This document shows, one piece after another, positions 57,389-64,000 of a stretch of DNA of 64,000 nt. Each line of letters begins with the position of its first letter. The stretch's first letter is position 1. Below the pieces are notes generated by a model, which did not search any database, had not been told where the DNA came from, and saw only the letters and a list, made by a program, of their open reading frames with translations. A program made the position numbers and the translations under genes. This DNA comes from an uncultured Solibacteraceae bacterium (GTDB lineage: Bacteria; Acidobacteriota; Terriglobia; Bryobacterales; Bryobacteraceae), in NCBI GenBank assembly GCA_964384215.1, contig CAYLLB010000014.1:25943-89942 (forward strand), read 5' to 3'.

Positions 57389-58303
57389 ATGCCGCCCCGA
57401 GGGCGTTCCTTCTACTTCTTGCTGCTGGTAGTTGCCTGCCTGATGTTCGCGGGGCAGGGCACCGCCATCAAACATCTGGGACGCCACCTCGGTCCGCTGC
57501 AAATCACCTTCCTGCCGTTTACGCTCGCCACCCTAGCTCTGCTGCCGCTTGCCCTGCGTGTGCGGCGCACGAGCGGCGTAAGGCTGAGGTGGTCGGATTG
57601 GCGACAGTTCATCATAGCCGGCGTTGCCGGCCAGGTGGTTACGCAACTCGGCTTCGTGGCGGGCGTTACACGATCGCTCGCATCGAACGGTGCCGTCCTG
57701 TCGCTGCTGCTGCCGGTGATCAGTACGCTGCTGGCGGCAATCATGCTGGGCGAGAAACTAACGAAACTTCGTGTTTCGGCTCTGGCGATCGGTCTTGCCG
57801 GAGCCTTGTTGCTATCCGCCGGCAATCTACGCGACAGCTCGTTCTTGAATGTGAACTACCTGGTGGGGAACGTGTTGATCGTTCTGGCGATGACCGGCTC
57901 GGCGTTCTACAACGTATACGCCAAGTCGCTGTTCGAGAAGTTTCAGCAGATCGAAGTGCTGGTATTCAGCTATGTGGCCGCCGCGGTGACCGGTCTGGGC
58001 GCCACTCTGGTTGCCGATCCCATCCAGTGGAGCGCCTTCCAGTCGTTCACTTGGCAGGCGTGGGTTGCTTTTGCCTATCAGACACTCATCGCATACAGCG
58101 CGGCCATGCTCCTGTTTTTCGCTGCGCTCAAGCGTTTGGACGTCGCTACGGCGTCGCTTTCGCTCTATCTGCTGCCCGTGTTCGGCGTGGTCCTTGCGGC
58201 GGTACTACTCGACGAAAGGTTGAGTGCGGTGGCGCTGGCCGGCACCGGGATCGTGCTTTTTGCCACGCTCCTGGTTGTTCGCTACGACACGAAAAGCACA
58301 TAG
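57389..58303 (+). CDS. DMT-superfamily (EamA-like) transporter
   Basis: Track ORF 57191..58303 trimmed to the ATG at 57389, 2 nt after the SDR stop. About ten hydrophobic segments in a duplicated EamA pattern. Confidence 0.75.
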   Translation: MPPRGRSFYFLLLVVACLMFAGQGTAIKHLGRHLGPLQITFLPFTLATLALLPLALRVRRTSGVRLRWSDWRQFIIAGVAGQVVTQLGFVAGVTRSLASNGAVLSLLLPVISTLLAAIMLGEKLTKLRVSALAIGLAGALLLSAGNLRDSSFLNVNYLVGNVLIVLAMTGSAFYNVYAKSLFEKFQQIEVLVFSYVAAAVTGLGATLVADPIQWSAFQSFTWQAWVAFAYQTLIAYSAAMLLFFAALKRLDVATASLSLYLLPVFGVVLAAVLLDERLSAVALAGTGIVLFATLLVVRYDTKST

Positions 58304-58313
58304 CCGGGTCTCG

Positions 58314-59579
58314 TTACTGCTCTTTCAGAATCTCCACACCCGCCCGCTTTCGGCTCTTGAATAGTGAATAAATCGTCCCGTCCTTATCCACCGTGCACCA
58401 GCTCTCGGTGTGCTCGGGGACCGACATACTCATATTGCAGACGAAATCGCCGTTGTTGTTGTACTTGGCGATGCTGACCTTACGGCCTATGTTGCTCTCC
58501 ACCGCGCCGTCGTAACCCGCCTTCGTGCGGACGGTCAGGTAGACGTTGCCCCAGCGGTCGCCCGTCATGCTGTGGAAGTAGATCGAACCTTCCGGGGGAT
58601 CGCCGTGCGCGAAGGTAAACAGGTAGCGGCCTTTGGAGTCGAACTTCTTCGTCGGACCGTAATAGCTGTTCACGAACACGTCGTCGTTGGGATCCAGGTA
58701 CAGGCCGTGCGGCGCGTTGAATTCATCTGTGTTTGGGCCGTCCTTGCCGAATGAGAACAGGAACTTGCCGCCGTGCTCGTAAACGTTGACGCGCATGTTG
58801 TCGACGTCGGTAGCGTATAGCCGCCCTTTCGAATCGAACCACAAACCGTGTCCGCGCAGGATCATGCCCGGCAGTGTCCCTTTCTCGGCGAACATATGCA
58901 GGAACTTGCCTTCCGGTGAGAAGATCTGCAGCCGCGGGCGGTCGCCCTTCACATCGGTTGTGTAAATGTTGCCCGCTTCATCCACGTGCGCGTAGCGGGG
59001 CTCCTGGAACTGGCCGTCGCCGCTGCCGGGTCCATTGCCGATCTCTTGCAGGAACTTGCCGTCCTTCGTGTACCGGAACACGCGTCCCGCGCGCTGGTCG
59101 ACGATGAGCAAATTTCCTTGCTTATCAATGCTGATGCCGTGGGGCGCGCGAAGGTGGGACCCCTTCGATTCCAAGTCTTCGCTCCAGCTGCCCACGACCT
59201 TGTAGGACGGATCAGCCGGTCCCACGATCACGGTCCCCCACACGTAGCGGTTTACTGAGCCTTCCACTTCGCCCCGGACGCTGACTTCATTGGGAACGGG
59301 AGCTTTCACCGGCGCGTGGTAAATCCCGTTGGCGTCGATGGTGCCAACCTCGGCGTTGCCGCCCGGAACGTCGTTCACGAACCATTTCACGCTGTTCGGC
59401 GCCTGTGCCGCCATCATGCGCGTGGCCAGGATTATGGCCTTGAACCGCTGCTGGCCTCCCGGAGCGAGCTTCACGAGCGACGGCTTGATGATTGCCCGGT
59501 GGTAAGGCGTGGGCGCCTGGGCGAACAGGCTCGCGGCCAAGGCGGTCACCGCCAAAGTAATGCTGGTGAGTCGATGCAT
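58314..59579 (-). CDS. Secreted NHL-repeat six-bladed beta-propeller protein
   Basis: ATG at 59579 gives the signal peptide MHRLTSITLAVTALAASLFAQA. Repeated motifs PHGISIDKQGNLLIVD, GNIYTTD, GRLYATD, PHGLYLDPNDDVFV. Confidence 0.75.
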   Translation of the reverse strand: MHRLTSITLAVTALAASLFAQAPTPYHRAIIKPSLVKLAPGGQQRFKAIILATRMMAAQAPNSVKWFVNDVPGGNAEVGTIDANGIYHAPVKAPVPNEVSVRGEVEGSVNRYVWGTVIVGPADPSYKVVGSWSEDLESKGSHLRAPHGISIDKQGNLLIVDQRAGRVFRYTKDGKFLQEIGNGPGSGDGQFQEPRYAHVDEAGNIYTTDVKGDRPRLQIFSPEGKFLHMFAEKGTLPGMILRGHGLWFDSKGRLYATDVDNMRVNVYEHGGKFLFSFGKDGPNTDEFNAPHGLYLDPNDDVFVNSYYGPTKKFDSKGRYLFTFAHGDPPEGSIYFHSMTGDRWGNVYLTVRTKAGYDGAVESNIGRKVSIAKYNNNGDFVCNMSMSVPEHTESWCTVDKDGTIYSLFKSRKRAGVEILKEQ

Positions 59580-59734
59580 GTGCTGATTCCCTTCTCGTGC
59601 TTCCATAGCACCGTCCGATTGTATCAGCGGGAATGGCGGCGCCGTTCAGTGTCGCCGACCACGGCAAAAATGCACGGCTGTGTAGCGGCCCCGGGTTTCC
59701 GTGCGTCTCTCCTATAAGGTCAATACGAAAAATC

Positions 59735-60421
59735 ATGATGTCACAGCCAGGGATTACCAATTATCTGGTTGCAGCGGCTGCCTTTCTAGCGCTGTTCGGT
59801 CCTCGTCCCGCGACCGGGCAGTTGTTGAGCTTTGGCGTGAAGGGCGGAGTGCCGTTGACCGACGCCACGGAAGGCAATTTCAGCAGCCCGGCCATGAAGC
59901 GATATGTCGTGGGTCCAACGGCGGAACTCAAACTGCCGTTTTCGTTTGCCTTCGAAGCGGACGCCCTCTACCGCCGCACCGGGTACGACATGACGGTCAG
60001 GGACTTCGGGCTCACCTCCGTGACTCAGGTGCGTGCCAACTCCTGGGAGTTCCCGCTCCTGGTCAAGCACTATATGGGGCCAAGTCTGCTGCCCTTACGC
60101 CTGTACCTTTCGGGCGGCTATGTGGTCCGAAAGACCTCTGGCGTCGATGGCTCCGTCCATACCTTTGGTACGGACTCCGTGAGCGGCCAGGTCATCGATA
60201 CCACGGCGCACTACGACGGTAGTTACCTGCGACAGGACGACCCTACTCATGGGCTGGCAGTGGGAGGAGGAGCGCGCTTGCACTTGGGGCCCTTGCATAT
60301 CTCGCCTGAAATTCGCTACACGCGTTGGGCCGGCATCGCCTTGAGCGACCAGCAGTCACACGGCGTATTCGCCCAATCCACGCAAAACCAGTTGGACGTG
60401 CTGGTAGGATTGACCTTCTGA
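59735..60421 (+). CDS. Outer-membrane beta-barrel protein (OmpW/porin-family-like)
   Basis: ATG at 59735. Signal peptide, alternating hydrophobic beta-strand pattern, C-terminal LVGLTF ending in Phe. Confidence 0.65.
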   Translation: MMSQPGITNYLVAAAAFLALFGPRPATGQLLSFGVKGGVPLTDATEGNFSSPAMKRYVVGPTAELKLPFSFAFEADALYRRTGYDMTVRDFGLTSVTQVRANSWEFPLLVKHYMGPSLLPLRLYLSGGYVVRKTSGVDGSVHTFGTDSVSGQVIDTTAHYDGSYLRQDDPTHGLAVGGGARLHLGPLHISPEIRYTRWAGIALSDQQSHGVFAQSTQNQLDVLVGLTF

Positions 60422-60442
60422 ACGTGCTGCAGAAGCCAAACA

Positions 60443-62314
60443 CTAATTCACGCCAATCCTGCCGGCGCCCCGGACGTCCACCGGTTGGATCCCCAACCGG
60501 ACGGCAGGTGAATCGGCGTTGAAACGGTAAATCCCTTGCGCGGGCCTCTGCAGCCCGGGGCTGGCATATACGCTTCCTTCTCGTGGCGCCATGGGAACCG
60601 GCTTTCCGAGGCTATACTCCGTCATTGTTTCCAGGTTGACCTTGCCCGCGCCGCTGAAGATGACGTTTCCGGGCATGGCGGCAACCGCGTCGGCCGGCAT
60701 CCGAAACGTGACCTCTCCCGAAGCCCGGATCACGTTCCGCTCCACCACATATCCACTGGAGCGCGGGAACGTAAGCTTCATGTCGCCGTTGTGCAGAAAA
60801 ATGTTATTACGTATGAAATTCCGGCGGCCGATGTGATTGTGTGTCGGGCGCGCCACGTTCAGCGAAACATTCCCTTCAACGGTACAGTTTTCGCTTAGCT
60901 CGTCGAGATAATAAGCCGATGAACCATAGCCGCCCGTGTCGGCAATGTCGCGGACCATGTTGCCGCGTATGGTGACGTCGCGCCCCATGCCCGTGTAAAA
61001 GGCCGCGCCGTCGTGCAATTCGAGCATCGCGCGGTAAACCAGGTTGGCTTCGAGCAAGTGCCCTGATCCGCCGAACAGGATGGCCGTGTAAGGGACGTCG
61101 TGAACTTCGTTGTGGACGATGCGAAAACGCTTGCCGTCGCAGGAGATCCCCAGCGCGCTCGGGTAAGTGACGCCGCTACGGTGAACCAGGTTGCCGCTCA
61201 ACTCGGCATCCTCGCCATGCACTACGATGCCACTGGCGCCGGTAGAGTGGATATCCGAGTTCCGCACCGCGAGCCGGACAGTGTTGCGTGCCTTGATCCC
61301 CTGTCCGCCCGTGTTGAAGACGGTCAGGTTCAACAGGCGGCAATCTTCCGCCGAATCGAGCGCCACAGCCCCGCCATATACCCTGGCGCCGAACCCACCG
61401 GCCTTGGCCGGAGTGTTCGTCACCGAGACCGTCAAGCCTGCGAGAGTAATGTGCCGGGCTGGGGTCTCCTTGCCGCCTGCGACTTTCACCACCTCTTCGA
61501 GTATCGGTGCGATCACTTCAGCGGTTGCCATATCCTCACCCGGCATGGGCCAGTAGACGACTTTGCCGGCCGTGCGATCCAGGTACCACTGGCCGGGCCG
61601 CTTCATGCCCTCGCGCAAATTCCAGACCACGTACTTCCGCACGTCGAACCCGCCCGCTGGATGGTTGGTGGGGCTCCGGAAGCGGAGGATGTGCGCTGCC
61701 CTGTCGATTGAAGCCACGCGCACGAGCGACTCATCCCACATGTGATACACGGTAATTTCCGCATTAGCTGGGTCGAAGCTGTCGGGGATGTCAGCGGGCC
61801 GGTACCGCAGCGTAGTCAGTTCCTCGTTGGTTGGCATGCGCTGCCAGCCGCCGCCAGTGGTGCCCATCCATTTCACCTTGAATTCGTTGAGATGCTCGAA
61901 CGCGCCGGTTTCCGGCATCCGCGCGCGATGGCGGAATTCTCCGTTCACCGAAAGCATACGGAAATCCCACGCGCCGTCTTTCACGCCTGACAACTCTGCC
62001 GCCCAGAACCCGCCGCCGTCCAGTTTCCAGTTGGAGATGCGGCGGCCGCCGTACAGAATGGGCTTCTCACCGGGATAGGCCTCCACCACCAGCCCCGAGT
62101 CGCGCTGATCCAGAAGCAGTGTTTCGGTCAGGAAGTATTTGCCGCCCCGGACTACGATTCGCTTCATCACAGCCGGTTCCGCCTTGCGCAGTTCATCACG
62201 CGCCGCAGCCAGGCTCATCGGGCCGTCCGGTGACACGGTCAGGATTGGAACCGGCTTGGTTTGAGCGCACAGTATTCCTGCGCAGACCAGGACGAGCGTC
62301 GTGAAACGGCACAT
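60443..62314 (-). CDS. Secreted right-handed parallel beta-helix repeat protein (pectate-lyase-fold)
   Basis: ATG at 62314 gives MCRFTTLVLVCAGILCAQ. Repeated N-x-V/I-x-x-N/G turns (IRNSDIH, IVHNEVHD, IRGNMVRD, VEGNVSLN, IRNNIFLHNG). Confidence 0.7.
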   Translation of the reverse strand: MCRFTTLVLVCAGILCAQTKPVPILTVSPDGPMSLAAARDELRKAEPAVMKRIVVRGGKYFLTETLLLDQRDSGLVVEAYPGEKPILYGGRRISNWKLDGGGFWAAELSGVKDGAWDFRMLSVNGEFRHRARMPETGAFEHLNEFKVKWMGTTGGGWQRMPTNEELTTLRYRPADIPDSFDPANAEITVYHMWDESLVRVASIDRAAHILRFRSPTNHPAGGFDVRKYVVWNLREGMKRPGQWYLDRTAGKVVYWPMPGEDMATAEVIAPILEEVVKVAGGKETPARHITLAGLTVSVTNTPAKAGGFGARVYGGAVALDSAEDCRLLNLTVFNTGGQGIKARNTVRLAVRNSDIHSTGASGIVVHGEDAELSGNLVHRSGVTYPSALGISCDGKRFRIVHNEVHDVPYTAILFGGSGHLLEANLVYRAMLELHDGAAFYTGMGRDVTIRGNMVRDIADTGGYGSSAYYLDELSENCTVEGNVSLNVARPTHNHIGRRNFIRNNIFLHNGDMKLTFPRSSGYVVERNVIRASGEVTFRMPADAVAAMPGNVIFSGAGKVNLETMTEYSLGKPVPMAPREGSVYASPGLQRPAQGIYRFNADSPAVRLGIQPVDVRGAGRIGVN

Positions 62315-62351
62315 GAAACTACTATAGGGCTGCTGGCAGGGCAACGGGCGT

Positions 62352-63323
62352 CTAGCGCGTTTCGCCGGCGGCGCGGCGCTCGCGGCGACAGCGGATCTCC
62401 CGGATGGCGTAAATGCGGCGGCCTTGGCTTTCGAAGTAGGTGCGGATCATCACTTCTCCCAGCAGACCGGTAGTGAACATCGACAGGCCCGCCAACAGCA
62501 GCAGCGCGCCGGCGATCATCAACGGGCCGTGTTGAATGACGATCTCGTGGCCCAGCAGTTTGTAAACGGCCAGGTATCCAAGGATGCCGCCTCCCAGTGT
62601 CGTGCCCACCAGTCCGATGCGCCCGAAAAACTGCATGGGCCGCGTGAAGTACTTGAGGAGGAACTTGATCGTGAGTATGTCGAACAGCACGTTGAAGGTG
62701 CGGCTCAGCCCGTAGTGCGAATTGCCCTGCGGCCGCACCTGGTTCTGGATCGGCACCTCGGCGACGCGGGCACCGTAAAAACTCGCCAGCGCGGGGATGA
62801 AGCGGTGCAGTTCGCCGTACAGGTTGATGTCTTTCAGGATCTCGGCGCGATAGGCCTTGAATGTCGTTCCGAAATCGTGGAGCTTGACGCCGGACGCCTT
62901 CGCCATCATCCAGTTGGCGATGCGCGAGGGAAACTTGCGCGTGACCGGGTTATCCACGCGGTGCTTCCGCCAGCCGCTGGCGATGTCGTAGCCTTCGTCG
63001 ATCTTCGCAAGCAGCGAGGGAATGTCCTCGGGCGCATGCTGCAAATCCCCATCCATGGAAATCACCACGCTGCCCTGCGCCTGGTCGAATCCGGCGGCGA
63101 GTGCGGCGGTTTGCCCGAAATTGCGCCGCAAACGGATCACCTTCAAGTGAGCATCGGTCTCGGTAAGATTCGCCAGCAGTTCGAAGCTGCGATCCGTGGA
63201 TGCGTCATCTACGAAAATGATTTCGTAAGGGCGCTGCAGCGGCTCAAGTACCGCCGTCAGACGATCATAAAGCGGCAGAATCGAGGGCTCTTCATTGTGG
63301 ATGGGGATGACGACCGACAACAT
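62352..63323 (-). CDS. GT2 glycosyltransferase, polyprenyl-phosphate sugar transferase-like (GtrB/ArnC/DPM1-type) with two C-terminal TM helices
   Basis: LSVVIPIHNEE, IIFVDDASTD, ISMDGDLQH (DxD region), and C-terminal hydrophobic helices. Confidence 0.85.
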   Translation of the reverse strand: MLSVVIPIHNEEPSILPLYDRLTAVLEPLQRPYEIIFVDDASTDRSFELLANLTETDAHLKVIRLRRNFGQTAALAAGFDQAQGSVVISMDGDLQHAPEDIPSLLAKIDEGYDIASGWRKHRVDNPVTRKFPSRIANWMMAKASGVKLHDFGTTFKAYRAEILKDINLYGELHRFIPALASFYGARVAEVPIQNQVRPQGNSHYGLSRTFNVLFDILTIKFLLKYFTRPMQFFGRIGLVGTTLGGGILGYLAVYKLLGHEIVIQHGPLMIAGALLLLAGLSMFTTGLLGEVMIRTYFESQGRRIYAIREIRCRRERRAAGETR

Positions 63324-63456
63324 GGCAACTACACTTAGTCTAGCAGGCTCCGAGACGCCGTAAACCCTTGCTTGGTAAAATGAAATGTACGTTAGGCAAT
63401 TCGCCTAGCACGGCGAACAGAAGGCGAATTGATCCACTCACAGACGAGGAGATTCA

Positions 63457-64000
63457 TTGGCTAACAACGAGCATCCCGAACCACCCCAGGCGCCACCGCC
63501 AAATTCCGGCGCACAGCTTCCGCTGGGTGGCGAAGGCGGCAAGAACCTGATTCCAGTCAACATCGAAGACGAAATGCGGCGTTCGTACCTGGATTACGCC
63601 ATGAGCGTGATCATAGGACGCGCGTTGCCCGACGTCCGAGACGGCTTGAAGCCCGTGCATCGCCGGATTCTGTACGCGATGTCCGAGTCGGGACTGTTCT
63701 ACAACAAGCCTACGCGCAAGTGCGCCAAAGTCGTGGGCGAAGTGCTCGGCAAGTACCATCCGCATGGCGACACTGCGGTTTACGACGCCTTGGTGCGCAT
63801 GGGTCAGCCATTCTCGATGCGCTACCCGCTCATCGACGGTCAGGGTAATTTTGGATCTGTCGATGGCGATCCTCCGGCGGCCATGCGATACACCGAGGCG
63901 CGCCTGGCACGCATTGCGGGGGTGTTGCTCGAAGATATCGACAAGGACTCGGTCGATTTCCACCCCAACTACGATGAGAACGAAGTAGAGCCCGAAGTCC
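63457..64000 (+). CDS. gyrA: DNA gyrase subunit A, N-terminal part (continues past the window end), TTG start
   Basis: Not in the ORF track because it is open at the window end. The frame opens after the TGA at 63430..63432. GAGGAG (63446..63451) lies 5 nt before the TTG at 63457. Translation ...[40 protein letters not shown]...[18 protein letters not shown]...DGQGNFGS is the GyrA signature. Confidence 0.92.
   Translation, partial: MANNEHPEPPQAPPPNSGAQLPLGGEGGKNLIPVNIEDEMRRSYLDYAMSVIIGRALPDVRDGLKPVHRRILYAMSESGLFYNKPTRKCAKVVGEVLGKYHPHGDTAVYDALVRMGQPFSMRYPLIDGQGNFGSVDGDPPAAMRYTEARLARIAGVLLEDIDKDSVDFHPNYDENEVEPEV

Noticed and set aside
63454-63963. 169-aa minus-strand ORF at the window end.
   Set aside because: It lies antisense to the unmistakable gyrA N-terminal coding sequence.

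Overview
GC-rich (by eye about 60-65 percent, not computed), densely coding chromosomal segment with about 57 protein genes and 1 tRNA. I saw no rRNA, CRISPR array, transposase, integrase or recognisable defence or toxin genes. The gene content suggests an Acidobacteriota genome (inference only): a TIGR03436-type VWA protein, a CarboxypepD_reg-fused TonB receptor, and many Tat-signal Gfo/Idh/MocA oxidoreductases. Blocks: (1) 1-14.7 kb, a TonB-receptor-linked cluster of exported oxidoreductase, TIM-barrel, ceramidase-fold, esterase and ARH-family proteins. (2) 14.7-24.1 kb, a rearranged NADH dehydrogenase cluster nuoC-D-I-J-K-L-M-N-H with its own sigma70-like promoter and no nuoA/B/E/F/G. (3) 24.1-28.6 kb, a PIG-L deacetylase, an alpha/beta hydrolase interrupted by an in-frame TGA, tRNA-Arg(CCG), a TlpA-like redoxin and an HExxH peptidase. 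(4) 28.7-36.5 kb, complete kdpFABC-kdpDE; kdpF is missing from the ORF track. (5) 36.6-38.9 kb, a second TIM-barrel gene plus a tandem-ThuA gene. (6) 39-54 kb, mostly housekeeping (udk, class-III aminotransferase, aceE, rmuC, proline dehydrogenase) plus a URO-D-like/corrinoid-activase pair, a glycosyltransferase and a VWA protein. (7) 54-64 kb, a third ceramidase-fold gene with SDR and EamA genes, envelope proteins, a GT2 and the 5' end of gyrA (TTG start). I found no clear-cut novel system. The best leads are the exported oxidative sugar-type locus next to the TonB receptor, a 15-nt duplication of the tRNA-Arg 3' end bracketing a 1.5-kb islet that carries the TGA-disrupted hydrolase, the non-canonical nuo architecture, and the orphan URO-D/RACE pair. 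All family calls come from motif recognition by eye and none was checked against a database.
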